This document shows, one piece after another, positions 37,246-48,378 of a stretch of 61,773 nt of DNA. Each line of letters starts with the position of its first letter. Position 1 is the stretch's first letter. Made by a program: the position numbers and the translations under genes. The notes beneath the pieces are model-generated. The model saw only the letters and a list, made by a program, of their open reading frames with translations. It did no database searches and was not told the DNA's origin. The DNA comes from an uncultured bacterium (GTDB lineage: Bacteria; Cyanobacteriota; Vampirovibrionia; Gastranaerophilales; Gastranaerophilaceae): NCBI GenBank assembly GCA_949284155.1, contig CASDVD010000024.1, forward strand, positions 1-61,773, given 5' to 3'.

Positions 37246-38196
37246 ATGAAAGTTCAACCCAATTACACTAGAAGTTATACGGAAATAAGCGGAAATAACA
37301 ATCAAAAAGCAAGAAAACAAAATCCTGCTTTCGGTAATTTTGCAGTTGCTACTATGGATGCTGTAGAAAGAGGCGGTTTGTTCGCTTCATTTGCTGTTCA
37401 GGATATTCTGGGTTCTTGTGTCCCAAGAACAATTACGGGCTTTTACAGAAATAAAGATATTACCGGTAAATATAATTATGCTGAGGCCTCGGAAGTTTCA
37501 ATCAGAGAGTTTGTCTCCAGTATTACGATGTTTTTGATACCAATGGGTATTATGGCTGTTGCAAAACGCAGTATAGGTCATTCTTGTGATGTGCCGGCTA
37601 AATTTATTAAAGCTCTTGGCGAAACTTTGCAAAAAACCGTTAAAGAAAAACCTGCTGATTTGAAAAAGGCTTTTTACAATAATGCATTTAAAAAAATGTT
37701 TTCTGATTCCGGTATAAAAAACGGAGAAAAGAAAGCTGCTGAATTTGCCGATAGGCTTATAGAACTTGAGTCTAAGGACAAAAAAGCTTATAAAACCGGT
37801 CTTTCAGAACTTCAGGCTGAATATTCCGTTTTAAGAAAAGAAAATACGGCTGATGTTACTGAAGATTTTTATAAAACAACTTTAAAATACGGAAAAGAAT
37901 CTGACGGATTAAAAGCCCAGGGTTCATTCGGTAATTTTGTAAAACATATACGTGACTATTCTCATGACGCAATTGATGCTGTTAAAAAGAATCAGGAAAA
38001 CGCTGAAGAGTTTTTAGAGAAATTTAATTTTAAACGTATCGGAACAAGAGTCCTTGCCAACTTAACTATGGCTCTTTCCGTAATCGGATTTTATATGTAT
38101 ATTCCAAAACTTTATACATTGCATAAAACAAATCCGGCCCTTGCCGGTTTGGAACCGGAAACGAAAGGTACAGAAGCGGCAAATGAAAATAAATAA
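37246..38196 (+). CDS. Hypothetical membrane-anchored protein, paralog family member A (RKQNPAFG N-motif, K/E-rich centre, C-terminal TM)
   Basis: Start moved to the ATG at 37246 (AGGA RBS). Region GLFASFAVQDILGSCVPR resembles GLSTSRFIQDTSTCLLPK of ORF 56426-57577. Contains no Trp. Confidence 0.6.
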   Translation: MKVQPNYTRSYTEISGNNNQKARKQNPAFGNFAVATMDAVERGGLFASFAVQDILGSCVPRTITGFYRNKDITGKYNYAEASEVSIREFVSSITMFLIPMGIMAVAKRSIGHSCDVPAKFIKALGETLQKTVKEKPADLKKAFYNNAFKKMFSDSGIKNGEKKAAEFADRLIELESKDKKAYKTGLSELQAEYSVLRKENTADVTEDFYKTTLKYGKESDGLKAQGSFGNFVKHIRDYSHDAIDAVKKNQENAEEFLEKFNFKRIGTRVLANLTMALSVIGFYMYIPKLYTLHKTNPALAGLEPETKGTEAANENK

Positions 38197-39172
38197 TATA
38201 TCAAATTCAAATAGTTTCGCCGCAAGAAAACAAAATGTTGCTTTCGGCGCAAATGTAAGAAGTCTGACAGAATCATTGGGAAGAAAAGTCGGTAATAAGG
38301 ATGGATTTTTCTCAAAATTGAATGATCATATAGAATTTGACGGGTGCAATCTTCCGTTTGCCGTATTTATGACTGTTCTTTTTGGTGCGGTATTGCTTTG
38401 CCGATATGCGGCCGCCAGAGATAAAGATGAACGGCGTGAAATTTTGACAAGAGATTCCATTACTATCGGTACTCTTGTTTTTGCACGTCCTCCATTGAAA
38501 AAAGCTTTTGCTAAGCTTTCGCAAAAGTCAACGGGGCTGGCTCTTTCTATCAATCCTAAAAAATATTCAGAATTTAACCCGTTGAAAAAACTTTACAGCT
38601 ATCTTCAGCCTGAAGGCGGAATTAAAGTTATGACTTCAAACGACATAGCTTCTAAGTATACAACTAAAGGTTATAAAAACGGTTTTGCTGATCTTCTCCG
38701 ATTTGTTGAAAACGAAGGCGGTAATTCACAAAAAATGATATCTAAAGATAAGACCCTTTCTGATGCAGTTAAGAAAGCTTTTGAATCTGTGAGCAAGGAT
38801 AAAAAATTTGAAGAAGCTTCTGTTGATGAAATGATTAAAGTCTTTGATAAAGGACATAAGAGCCAAACAAAAGAGGTCAAAGAGTTATATTCTCTTCTGG
38901 AATCTGATAAGAATCCTATCATCAAAAAGGCAAAATCTGTAAACAGCTCATTTGACTTTGTAACTACTTTCTTGATTGTACCTACTATGCTTGGTTTTGT
39001 ATTGCCCAAGATGCTTGAGCACAGATTGAAACAAAGCAGAAAGGCTGCTGCTGCAGAGGCAAAAGCTGACAATGAATCACAACAACCATCTGTGAATGTT
39101 CAATCTTTCCTGAATACTATGAACAAGAGCAATTCACAGGCATTTAAAAGCTTTACGCAAATGGTTGGTTAA
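38183..39172 (+). CDS. Hypothetical membrane-anchored protein, paralog family member B (RKQNVAFG N-motif)
   Basis: Start at the ATG at 38183 (MKINNISNSNSFAARKQNVAFG), overlapping the upstream gene by 14 nt. C-terminal TM LGFVLPKMLEHRLK resembles IGFYMYIPKLYTLHK of member A. Contains no Trp. Confidence 0.6.
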   Translation: MKINNISNSNSFAARKQNVAFGANVRSLTESLGRKVGNKDGFFSKLNDHIEFDGCNLPFAVFMTVLFGAVLLCRYAAARDKDERREILTRDSITIGTLVFARPPLKKAFAKLSQKSTGLALSINPKKYSEFNPLKKLYSYLQPEGGIKVMTSNDIASKYTTKGYKNGFADLLRFVENEGGNSQKMISKDKTLSDAVKKAFESVSKDKKFEEASVDEMIKVFDKGHKSQTKEVKELYSLLESDKNPIIKKAKSVNSSFDFVTTFLIVPTMLGFVLPKMLEHRLKQSRKAAAAEAKADNESQQPSVNVQSFLNTMNKSNSQAFKSFTQMVG

Positions 39173-39188
39173 TACAATTTAGTTATAG

Positions 39189-39839
39189 TTATTTGTTGGA
39201 GATGATTTTTAGTATTTCCTCAGGTGTTTCCACTAAATAGTCTGCGCCGTTTTCAATAAGTATATTTTTTGAGCGGAATCCCCAGCAGACTCCTATACAT
39301 TTTATACCTGCATTTTTTGCTGTTTTTACATCAACCTCTGAGTCACCGATATATATTGAGTTTTTTTTGTTTGAGTCCAGAATTTTCATTGCTTCCAGAA
39401 CACTGTCCGGAGCCGGCTTCTTTTTCACTTTTTCTGTTTCTCCTACGGCTGTATTTATTAGTGTTCCGAAGTAATTTTTACATAGCTCTTTAACTGCTGC
39501 ATCAAACTTGTTCGATACGACAGCGGTTTTTATGCCTTTTGTTTTTAGTATTTTTAACAGCTCTATTATGCCCGGGTATGGTCTTGTTGTATTAAACATA
39601 TTTATTTTGTAGTGACTTTTGAAAACACTCAAACAATCTTCATAATCAGGATTATTCACTCCATCGGGAATTGCCCGCTCTATCAATTTTTTTACACCAT
39701 TGCCAACATAGTTTCTTATTTCTTCAATTGACTTTTGCTCATAGCCAAACTGTTTCAAGGCGTAATTTGTACTTTCTTTTAAATCCTTGAGCGAATTTAT
39801 AAGAGTTCCGTCTAAATCAAAAATCAAAGTATCAAACAT
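39189..39839 (-). CDS. HAD-superfamily phosphatase (phosphoglycolate phosphatase-like)
   Basis: LIFDLDGTLINS (motif I), VVSNK (motif II), IYIGDSEVD (motif IV). Confidence 0.8.
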   Translation of the reverse strand: MFDTLIFDLDGTLINSLKDLKESTNYALKQFGYEQKSIEEIRNYVGNGVKKLIERAIPDGVNNPDYEDCLSVFKSHYKINMFNTTRPYPGIIELLKILKTKGIKTAVVSNKFDAAVKELCKNYFGTLINTAVGETEKVKKKPAPDSVLEAMKILDSNKKNSIYIGDSEVDVKTAKNAGIKCIGVCWGFRSKNILIENGADYLVETPEEILKIISNK

Positions 39840-40243
39840 TATCTGGATTCCTGTATAGGCATGTTAAAATTCAGGTCTATATATGAAAAAATCCGCTGCG
39901 GTATGACAACAGAGAATGCATAACTGTTATCAGCGGGTGTAATTTTTATTAAAGAATTTTTGTTGTCTTTTTTCATAACGGAGAGAAGAAATTCTTTTTC
40001 ATTTGTTTTGAAAAGAATATATCCGCTGCGTGACTGCATTTCTAAAATTTCGTATTTATTGGCATTAACACTTGCCAGAGCAAGGTAAAATAATTTGTCA
40101 AAAGGCATTTGATATTTTCTTAAACAGCTTTGATATGTGGCAAATGCCTGCGGCTCCGGGGTTTGGGCCTCAGCAATCAGCGGCATCTGCATACAGAATA
40201 TTAATGCGATTATGAATAGAAATCTCATTTTAATCCTCTTCAT
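39839..40243 (-). CDS. Secreted hypothetical protein
   Basis: Signal peptide MRFLFIIALIFCMQMPLIAEAQ. Overlaps polA (14 nt) and the HAD gene (1 nt). Confidence 0.55.
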   Translation of the reverse strand: MKRIKMRFLFIIALIFCMQMPLIAEAQTPEPQAFATYQSCLRKYQMPFDKLFYLALASVNANKYEILEMQSRSGYILFKTNEKEFLLSVMKKDNKNSLIKITPADNSYAFSVVIPQRIFSYIDLNFNMPIQESR

Positions 40244-43130
40244 CCATCCAGGTTGAACCTACTTCAATATCAGCAACAAGCGGAACAAGAAGCGGCTGTC
40301 CCAGTTCCATTGCTTCTTTAACAATGTGTTTAATTTGTTCAAGTTCATCTTTGTATACTTGAAGAATCAGTTCATCGTGAACTTGCATAATCATTTTAGA
40401 CTTAAATTTTCCGTCTTGCAATTTTTTATGCAATGCAATCATTGCTTTTTTTATAATATCTGCGGCTGCGCCTTGCAGAGGGCTGTTAATTGCCGCCCTT
40501 TGGGCAAATTCTTTAATTTGATGATTAGAACTGACAAGTTCATCAAGCAAATACCGTTTTCTTCCGTACAGAGTTTTTGCATACCCGTATTGGTAAGCAT
40601 CCTGAACAGCTTTATCCATATATGCCTTAACGCCGGGATATGTTGCAAAATATTTATCTATAAAGATTTGTGCTTCTTGCGGTGATATATTGATAGCACT
40701 GGCCAGTCCGTATCTTGTCTGTCCGTATACAATACCGAAATTTACGGCTTTAGCCTTGCTTCTCATAGAGCGTGTAACTGCTTCAGGCGGAACGTCAAAG
40801 ATTTTTTGCGCTGTTCTTGAATGTATATCTTCATCGCTGTTAAATGCGTCAATAAGCATTTTGTCACGTGATATATGCGCAAGCAGCCGGAGTTCTATTT
40901 GTGAATAGTCCGAGGACAAAAGAACCTGATTTTTTCTATCCTCCGGAATAAATGCCTTTCTGATTCTGTTTCCTAATTCCGATTTAATTGGTATATTTTG
41001 TAAATTCGGATCAGAAGAGGACAGTCTCCCGGTAACAGTTATTGTCTGGTTGTAGTGTGTGTGAATTTTTTTGTCAAATACACTAATCATTGCCGGCAGA
41101 GCATCGACATATGTGGTTTTAATCTTTGAATATTGACGCTGTTCCAAAAGGCAAGACGCAATTTCATGTTCTGATGAGAGTTCCGTAAGGACTTTGGCAT
41201 CAGTGGAAAAATTTTGTGAACCACGTTTTTTCCCTCTCGGTTTTAATCCGAGTTTGTCAAATAATATTGCTCCTACCTGCCTTGGTGAATTAATATTGAA
41301 TTTTTCTCCGGCAAGCCGGTAGATATTTTCTTCTATGGTATTAAGCTTTTCTTCTAATTCTGCTGAAAATTGTTTCAAATATTCGGTATCTATTGCTACA
41401 CCCGTATATTCCATATCCGCCAGAACCAGAGAAGTCGGAATTTCAATCTCATATAATAGATTTTTTTCTTCTTTTCCCAATTTTTTTATCCAAAATCGGG
41501 TCAATTCAATAACGGAAAATATGTCATCGCAAGCATAATCTGACATCATTGATATTGACAGGTCTTCAACCGGCACCCGCCCTCTTTTTATTCCGGCAAG
41601 TTCTTTTAAGTCTTTAGTTATAAATTCCAGATGTTCAATAGCCTGTGCTTTTAAATCATGTTTTCTTGACGGATCATTCACATAGCTCGCCAGCATTGTG
41701 TCAAAAATTATATTGGAAATATTGATTCCAAGATGTCGGAAAATATTGATTTCATGTTTAGCATCGCTGAATGTTTTTCCGATTGTCGAATTTTCCAGTA
41801 CAGGTTTTAATTTTTCAACGACAAAATCTTCTTTTAGCTGCTTGCCGGCAGTATGTCCGAGAGGTATATAATAAGTTTCCGTTAAGGATTCATTATTAAT
41901 GGATTCTATTACACCTGCGCTATTTTTCAGATTATTGTTGAAGCCTATGGACAGGCCAATTAAATTTGAATCAAATGAATTTTCATCTTCGCTGATTGCC
42001 TGAATACCGATAAGAGTCTGTTTTGTTAAATCGTTTATTAGCTCTTCAAAATCTGTTTCATCAGTTACTGTGTGCTTATTAAACTTTATCTTAGTTTTTA
42101 ATATTACATCAGAGCCCAAAGCCGGCTGTTCTGTTCCAAATGAAAATCCGAGCTGCTGTACAGGTAAATTTTGTGATGTTTTTCCGTTTTCTTTTTTATT
42201 GTCATATGTTGTGTCTTCACCGGTAAATGGCCTCAGGATTTGTCCCAGATTTTTGATAAAGCTGAAAAACTGAACTTTTTTTAAAAATTCTGTTACTTTA
42301 TCTATATCAGGCATTTCAATATTTGTTTTGTCAAAATCAAAATCGACATCAACATCCAGTTTTATTGTGGCGAGGAATTGGCTTAGCCTTGCGGAATCTT
42401 TCCCTTCAATGAGTTTTGTTTTTACGGATTTGCCTTCAATCTCGTTAATATTTGCATAAATGTTATCAAGAGTGCCCCAATCTGTTAATAGTTTTGCCGC
42501 TGTTTTTTCTCCGATACCTCTTATACCGGGTATATTATCTGAGGTATCTCCTCTTAGAGCTTTGTAGTCGATTATTTGGTTTGGATATACGCCCAGTTTT
42601 TCGTGAACTTTTTCCCAGTCATAACTTACGAGTTCTCCTTTTGAGGGGATTAAGACTTTTATACAACCGTTTTTTTGAATCAGCTGAAAAGCATCCTGGT
42701 CTCCCGTAAGGATAATTGTATCATTCCCCAAGTCGCACGCTTTTGTTGCAATCGTTCCGATTACATCATCAGCTTCAAAACCTTCCTTCGTGTACATAGG
42801 GATGTTGAAGGCTTTTAATCCTTCACAGATGAGGCCCATCTGGCTTTGAAGAGTGTCGGGCATCGCTTCTCTGTTGGCTTTATAATCTGTATATAATTCT
42901 GTTCTGAATGTTTTGTGGCTTACATCAAACGCAACTCCTATTGAATCAAATTTTACATCCGGATTCTTTAACAAATCAAACAGTGCTTTAAAAAAGCCGA
43001 ATACTGCCCAGGTCGGCTGTTTATCAGAGGTTTTCATTCCTGTTCTTTCCAGTGCAAAGTAGCTTCTGTAGGCAAGTGCATGTCCGTCAATTAATACCAA
43101 TGTTTTCTTTTTTGCGTCTGAATTAGTCAT
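40230..43130 (-). CDS. polA: DNA polymerase I
   Basis: 5'-nuclease domain (LIDGHALAYRSYFA, GDTSDNIPG), 3'-5' exonuclease-like middle region, and Pol A motifs (DYSQIELRLLAH, KAVNFGIVYG, QVHDEL). Confidence 0.92.
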   Translation of the reverse strand: MTNSDAKKKTLVLIDGHALAYRSYFALERTGMKTSDKQPTWAVFGFFKALFDLLKNPDVKFDSIGVAFDVSHKTFRTELYTDYKANREAMPDTLQSQMGLICEGLKAFNIPMYTKEGFEADDVIGTIATKACDLGNDTIILTGDQDAFQLIQKNGCIKVLIPSKGELVSYDWEKVHEKLGVYPNQIIDYKALRGDTSDNIPGIRGIGEKTAAKLLTDWGTLDNIYANINEIEGKSVKTKLIEGKDSARLSQFLATIKLDVDVDFDFDKTNIEMPDIDKVTEFLKKVQFFSFIKNLGQILRPFTGEDTTYDNKKENGKTSQNLPVQQLGFSFGTEQPALGSDVILKTKIKFNKHTVTDETDFEELINDLTKQTLIGIQAISEDENSFDSNLIGLSIGFNNNLKNSAGVIESINNESLTETYYIPLGHTAGKQLKEDFVVEKLKPVLENSTIGKTFSDAKHEINIFRHLGINISNIIFDTMLASYVNDPSRKHDLKAQAIEHLEFITKDLKELAGIKRGRVPVEDLSISMMSDYACDDIFSVIELTRFWIKKLGKEEKNLLYEIEIPTSLVLADMEYTGVAIDTEYLKQFSAELEEKLNTIEENIYRLAGEKFNINSPRQVGAILFDKLGLKPRGKKRGSQNFSTDAKVLTELSSEHEIASCLLEQRQYSKIKTTYVDALPAMISVFDKKIHTHYNQTITVTGRLSSSDPNLQNIPIKSELGNRIRKAFIPEDRKNQVLLSSDYSQIELRLLAHISRDKMLIDAFNSDEDIHSRTAQKIFDVPPEAVTRSMRSKAKAVNFGIVYGQTRYGLASAINISPQEAQIFIDKYFATYPGVKAYMDKAVQDAYQYGYAKTLYGRKRYLLDELVSSNHQIKEFAQRAAINSPLQGAAADIIKKAMIALHKKLQDGKFKSKMIMQVHDELILQVYKDELEQIKHIVKEAMELGQPLLVPLVADIEVGSTWMDEED

Positions 43131-43265
43131 TTTATTAACCCCTCACAACAAGTTTATCATGTTAGATATTTATTTTAGTAATAATTTTTGTAAATTTTAA
43201 AAATTCAATATCAAAAAAATTTATCCGTGTGATTTAATAAAGATGTAAGTTTTAAGAAGGATGAA

Positions 43266-43475
43266 ATGATGATTAAGCCGGTAAAAATTATTGATAATGT
43301 ACCAAAACCAATGGATCTGGGAAAACGTTACGGAAAAAAATATCGTCCTGTAAAACCGATTGTTCCGGCGGGTCTGCCTGTTGTTGATACTTCAGTATCT
43401 CCGATTACATTGACTTTTAATAAGATAGTAAAATTTATGCGTAATGTAAAACACTCATTAGGTACACTTATTTAA
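43266..43475 (+). CDS. Small hypothetical basic/Pro-rich protein
   Basis: 69-aa ORF with AAGGA upstream. Followed by a strong terminator. Confidence 0.35.
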   Translation: MMIKPVKIIDNVPKPMDLGKRYGKKYRPVKPIVPAGLPVVDTSVSPITLTFNKIVKFMRNVKHSLGTLI

Positions 43476-43493
43476 ATCTTATAAATTTATAAA

Positions 43494-43531
43494 TAAAAAA
43501 AGACTTACTAACTAAAGTAAGTCTTTTTTTA
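43494..43531. terminator. Bidirectional rho-independent terminator (ftsH / small ORF)
   Basis: A7-AGACTTAC-loop-GTAAGTCT-T7. Confidence 0.7.
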
Positions 43532-43552
43532 TAAAGGATTTGAGAGGTACTG

Positions 43553-45421
43553 TTACCCGATATTGTGGTTAGGGCGTTCATCTTCAACTTTTTTCATAAT
43601 TTCTTCAAACTCTGATTCATCAAGAGTTTCTTTTTCAAGAAGTTCTTTTGCTATGACTTCAAGCATATCACGGTTTGCCAGAAGCAATTCTTTTGCAAGA
43701 TTGTATCTTTCATCGACAATTTTTTTGACTTCTTTATCAATATCAGCGGCAATTTCATCGGAATAATCTCTTTGGTGGCCGAAATCTCTGCCCATAAATA
43801 CATTTTCCTGGCTTTTGCCGTAAGCCATATTGCCCATTTTATATGACATGCCGTATGTAGCGACCATATTTCTGGCGGTTTGAGTAACTTTTTCTAAATC
43901 ATTTTGAGCTCCGGTAGTTATATTTTCCGGCCCGTAAATGATTTCTTCTGCAACCCTTCCGCCTAATAACATTGTTATTCTGTCAAGAAGCTGTGATTTT
44001 TTCAAAGTCAAGTGGTCTTTTTCCGGTAATGTCATTGTGACGCCAAGCGCCATACCTCTTGGAATAATTGACACTTTATGCAGAGGATCGCTGTTTTTCA
44101 ACAGCTTGGCAAGAAGTGCATGACCGACTTCATGGTATGCAGTGTTTTCTTTTTCTTCATCGGAAATAATTCTGCTTTTCTTTTCCGGGCCTGCTATAAC
44201 TTTGTCAATAGCTTCTTCAAGATAATGCATATTTATACTGGTTTGGTTGTCTCTTGCTGCAAGAAGAGCAGCTTCATTTAACAGGTTTTGCAAATCTGCG
44301 CCTGTAAAGCCCGGTGTCCTTTTTGCTAGTACTTTTAAATCACATTCATCAGCAAGAGGCTTGCCTTTAGCGTGTACTTCAAGAATCTGTTCTCTTCCCA
44401 GAATATCCGGTCTGTGAACAACAATCTGTCTGTCAAAACGTCCGGGACGAAGAAGTGCGTTGTCCAGAATGTCCGGTCTGTTAGTTGCCGCAATAACAAT
44501 TATATTAGTATTTTCGTCAAAACCATCCATTTCAACTAACAGCTGGTTAAGAGTCTGTTCACGTTCGTCATGACCGCCGCCCATTCCAGCGCCTCTTTGT
44601 CTGCCGACTGCATCTATTTCATCAATAAATATAATACAGGGCTGATGTTTTTTTGCCTGTTCAAACAGGTCTCTGACACGTGATGCACCTACACCAACGA
44701 ACATTTCAACAAAATCCGAGCCGCTTATAGAGAAGAACGGAACGCCTGCTTCACCGGCAACTGCTTTTGCCATCAGGGTTTTACCCGTACCTGGGACGCC
44801 GACAAGGAGCACGCCTTTAGGTATTTTTGCGCCGAGTTTTATATATTTTTCGCCATTTTTTAAGAAATCGACGATTTCTTCGAGCTCTTGTTTTTCTTCG
44901 TCAATACCCGCAACATCTTTAAAGGTGACTTTAACTTTGCTGTCCAGCATTAATTTTGCTTTACTTTTACCAAAAGACATTGCCTGAGAGCCGCCGGACT
45001 GAATGGTTTTTGCCATCAAAACAACAAAGCCTATGATTAACAAAAGCGGCAAGATAGTCGAAATAACAGCAAAAGCTCTTGATGAGTCGCTTGGTTTTTT
45101 GACGCTGACATCTACATTATTTTGTTCAAGAATTTTGTATAAATCAGGATCATTTAACGGAACCATGACTTTGTATTGGACAGAAGTCTGCTGCTGCGGA
45201 TTGACTGCGTTAGGCGCTTTTACCTCGCCTTTGGGTTTTGCTGTTAAAACATCTTTGTCTATGGAAACAGATTCAATTTGAGATGATTTAACTTTTTTCA
45301 GCAGTTGTGAATATGAAATATCCTGCGTTGTGGTGGTGCTTCCCGGAAAGAGCATTGCCGCAAGGCAGATTACCAGCAGAATGACTACAATCCAAATACC
45401 TGATGATTGGCTTTTATTCAT
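43553..45421 (-). CDS. ftsH: ATP-dependent zinc metalloprotease FtsH
   Basis: Two TM segments, Walker [12 protein letters not shown] region, zinc site HEVGHAL. Confidence 0.93.
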   Translation of the reverse strand: MNKSQSSGIWIVVILLVICLAAMLFPGSTTTTQDISYSQLLKKVKSSQIESVSIDKDVLTAKPKGEVKAPNAVNPQQQTSVQYKVMVPLNDPDLYKILEQNNVDVSVKKPSDSSRAFAVISTILPLLLIIGFVVLMAKTIQSGGSQAMSFGKSKAKLMLDSKVKVTFKDVAGIDEEKQELEEIVDFLKNGEKYIKLGAKIPKGVLLVGVPGTGKTLMAKAVAGEAGVPFFSISGSDFVEMFVGVGASRVRDLFEQAKKHQPCIIFIDEIDAVGRQRGAGMGGGHDEREQTLNQLLVEMDGFDENTNIIVIAATNRPDILDNALLRPGRFDRQIVVHRPDILGREQILEVHAKGKPLADECDLKVLAKRTPGFTGADLQNLLNEAALLAARDNQTSINMHYLEEAIDKVIAGPEKKSRIISDEEKENTAYHEVGHALLAKLLKNSDPLHKVSIIPRGMALGVTMTLPEKDHLTLKKSQLLDRITMLLGGRVAEEIIYGPENITTGAQNDLEKVTQTARNMVATYGMSYKMGNMAYGKSQENVFMGRDFGHQRDYSDEIAADIDKEVKKIVDERYNLAKELLLANRDMLEVIAKELLEKETLDESEFEEIMKKVEDERPNHNIG

Positions 45422-45489
45422 TTTTATTCCTCAATATTTTTACCGACTATTTCATAAATAAGTTAATAACAGACAGATGTCTGAAATTA

Positions 45490-45518
45490 ATTATATCATC
45501 TATTTTAACGTATAACAA
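45490..45518 (-). promoter_or_regulatory. Sigma-70-like promoter for ftsH (TTGTTA-N17-TATAAT)
   Basis: On the minus strand: -35 TTGTTA (45513-45518), a 17-nt spacer, and -10 TATAAT (45490-45495). A small palindrome CAGACA-tc-TGTCTG follows. Confidence 0.45.
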
Positions 45519-45626
45519 AATTTTCATCCAGATACATGAGGGTAGATTAGCGGAAGTTCTGTAAAAGCTTGTTAATATTATTGGAAAAATCTTTTGATGT
45601 ATGTTAAAACTGAATAAGTAGGAGAA

Positions 45627-45914
45627 ATGGAAATGATTACTATAAAAGACGTAGAACATGTAGCCAGGCTGGCAAGATTAGAATTAACTGAAGAAGAAAA
45701 GGTAAAATTTTCTAAACAACTGGGCGATGTTCTTACATATGCAGAGCAAATGAATGAAATTGATACAGAAGGTGTCGAACCTATGTCTCATGCAATTCCT
45801 ATTGTGAATGTAATGAGAGAAGATGAAGTCATTTGTACTTTGAGTAAAGAGGAACTGATGAAAAATGCACCGTTAAAAGAAAACGGATTCTTTAGAGTTC
45901 CTAAAATCGGCTAA
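45627..45914 (+). CDS. gatC: Asp/Glu-tRNA amidotransferase subunit C
   Basis: ITIKDVEHVARLARLELTEEEKVKFSKQLGDVLTYAEQMNEIDTEGVEPM is typical GatC. Confidence 0.88.
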   Translation: MEMITIKDVEHVARLARLELTEEEKVKFSKQLGDVLTYAEQMNEIDTEGVEPMSHAIPIVNVMREDEVICTLSKEELMKNAPLKENGFFRVPKIG

Positions 45915-45944
45915 GCCGTCAGTGTCGTTGGAAAAGGGGTTAAG

Positions 45945-47558
45945 ATGTCAACTAAATATATTTTTATAACGGGAGGGGTTGTATCTTCATTAGGAAAGGG
46001 GATAGTAGCCGCTTCTTTAGGCCGTTTGCTTAAGGCTCGGGGATTTTCTGTTGTTATACAAAAATTCGATCCGTATATAAATGTTGATCCCGGGACGATG
46101 AGTCCGTTCCAGCATGGAGAGGTTTTTGTTACCGATGACGGGGCGGAAACTGATTTGGATTTGGGGCATTATGAACGTTTTACCGACACCAGTCTGGGTA
46201 AAATTAATAACGTGACATCGGGAAGCATTTATCAAACAGTTATAAAAAAAGAGAGAAAAGGTGAATATCTGGGTGCTACTGTTCAGACAATACCTCATAT
46301 AACGAACGAAATTAAATCACGTATTAAAAAAGCAGCTGCGCAATTTAAGCCCGACTTTTTGATAATAGAAGTCGGCGGTACTATCGGAGACATTGAGAGT
46401 CTGCCGTTTATTGAGTCAATAAGACAGTTTCGTTCCGAGGCAGGATATGGCAACAGTATTTCAATCCATGTTACATTGATTCCGTATTTACCGACATCCG
46501 GCGAATTAAAAACCAAACCCTCGCAGCATAGTGTTTCTGTTTTAAGAAGTTACGGTATTCAGCCTGAAATACTTGTATGCCGTACATCAAAACCATTACC
46601 CAAAAAGGAAAAAGAAAAACTTGCATTGTTCTGTTCGGTAGATTTGGAAGCTGTTATTGAATGCAAGGATATGAAGTCGATTTATGAGGTTCCGCTGGCT
46701 CTTGAATCTCAGAATCTGGCGCAGGTTGCATTAAAACGTCTGCAGCTTTTAGATAAGAAGCCAAATCTGGAGTCTTGGATAAAGCTTGTTGAAAATATAA
46801 AAAATCCTCAAAAAACTTTCAAAATAGCTATTGCAGGAAAATACACAAAGCTTTCTGATGCTTATATTTCTGTTGTGGAAGCATTAAAACATGCCGGTTA
46901 TCAGTATAATGCCCAAATAGACGTTAAATGGATTGCTTCAGAGGAATGTGTGGATTATTCAAAGGCAAAAGAGGCAATGAAGGACGTAGACGGTCTGGTT
47001 GTGCCGGGCGGCTTCGGAGTAAGAGGTATTGAGGGAAAACTCAATGTAATAAGATATGCACGTGAAAATAATGTGCCGTTCCTTGGTTTGTGTTTGGGAA
47101 TGCAGTGTGCTGTTATTGAGTATGCGAGAAATGTTGCCGGATTGAAGAATGCAAACAGTACCGAGTTTGATGAAGGTACGGCTTATCCTGTAATAGATAT
47201 AATGTTAGAGCAAAAGAATATTCAGGGGCTTGGCGGTACTATGAGACTGGGTCAATATGAATGTCATTTGAAAAAAGGCACAAAGGCATATGATGCTTAT
47301 AAGTCGAAAGTAATATATGAGCGTCATCGTCACAGATATGAGGTAAATAACGAATTTAAGAAACAAATTGAAGATGCAGGTCTTGTATTTTCAGGGCTTT
47401 CACCGGACGGTATGCTGTGTGAAATTGTTGAATATCCTAAAAATGACTGGTTTGTTGCTTCTCAATTCCATCCTGAATTTAAGTCACGGCCTGAACATTC
47501 ACATCCGTTATTTGCAGGATTAATAAAAGCAATAAATAATAATAAAATAAAAAAATAA
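45945..47558 (+). CDS. pyrG: CTP synthase
   Basis: [18 protein letters not shown]-terminus. GATase domain GLCLGMQ and HRHRYEVN. Confidence 0.93.
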   Translation: MSTKYIFITGGVVSSLGKGIVAASLGRLLKARGFSVVIQKFDPYINVDPGTMSPFQHGEVFVTDDGAETDLDLGHYERFTDTSLGKINNVTSGSIYQTVIKKERKGEYLGATVQTIPHITNEIKSRIKKAAAQFKPDFLIIEVGGTIGDIESLPFIESIRQFRSEAGYGNSISIHVTLIPYLPTSGELKTKPSQHSVSVLRSYGIQPEILVCRTSKPLPKKEKEKLALFCSVDLEAVIECKDMKSIYEVPLALESQNLAQVALKRLQLLDKKPNLESWIKLVENIKNPQKTFKIAIAGKYTKLSDAYISVVEALKHAGYQYNAQIDVKWIASEECVDYSKAKEAMKDVDGLVVPGGFGVRGIEGKLNVIRYARENNVPFLGLCLGMQCAVIEYARNVAGLKNANSTEFDEGTAYPVIDIMLEQKNIQGLGGTMRLGQYECHLKKGTKAYDAYKSKVIYERHRHRYEVNNEFKKQIEDAGLVFSGLSPDGMLCEIVEYPKNDWFVASQFHPEFKSRPEHSHPLFAGLIKAINNNKIKK

Positions 47559-47584
47559 TGAATTAGTTTCCAAAGGAAATAAAT

Positions 47585-48376
47585 ATGAAAATATTATTAT
47601 CAAATGATGACGGTATAGTAGCAAACGGTATAAGAGCTTTGACAGAAGCTCTCAGCCAGGAGCATGAAGTTTATGTCATTGCACCTGACAGAGAACGAAG
47701 TGCGGCAGGGCATTCACTGACATTGCATACTCCTTTGAGGGTAGAAGAGCTTGAGCCAAAATTCGGAGCAAAGAGAAACTGGGTAACAACGGGAACACCG
47801 GGAGATTGTGTAAAAATTGGTTTGAGTGCAATTTTGAGTGAAGATGAGAAACCGGATTTAATTATTTCAGGTATAAATCATGGCCCTAACCTCGGTGCTG
47901 ATATATTATACTCAGGAACGGTCAGTTGTGCTCTTGAGGGTGCAATGCTTGGTTATCCTGCTATCGCAACATCTCTTGCGGGGCTGCATTCAGAGCTTGA
48001 TGACTTCAAGTTTGCCGCTGAATTTATGTGCAAATTTCTGCCTAAAATAAAAGAAATTAATTTTCCTAAAAAAAGTATTTTAAACATAAATTTTCCGTCT
48101 TTGGGAGCGGACGATATTGCCGGTGTGGCAATAACAAAACTTGGTACACGTATGTTTACCAGCAATTATGAAAAGCGTGTTGACCCACGTGGTAAGGTAT
48201 ATTACTGGCTGGCAGGCGAATTAATTGAATATGATGAAAATGACGGTACTGATATTAATGCACTTCGCATGAATAAAATCTCCATAACACCTATTACTTT
48301 TGAAATGACACATAAAAGTATTATGGCTGATTTGGAAAAAGCTTTTTGTAAAGACGGCATTTGTGATTGGTTTTAA
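47585..48376 (+). CDS. surE: 5'/3'-nucleotidase SurE
   Basis: MKILLSNDDGI and GINHGPNLG signatures. Confidence 0.9.
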   Translation: MKILLSNDDGIVANGIRALTEALSQEHEVYVIAPDRERSAAGHSLTLHTPLRVEELEPKFGAKRNWVTTGTPGDCVKIGLSAILSEDEKPDLIISGINHGPNLGADILYSGTVSCALEGAMLGYPAIATSLAGLHSELDDFKFAAEFMCKFLPKIKEINFPKKSILNINFPSLGADDIAGVAITKLGTRMFTSNYEKRVDPRGKVYYWLAGELIEYDENDGTDINALRMNKISITPITFEMTHKSIMADLEKAFCKDGICDWF

Positions 48377-48378
48377 TA

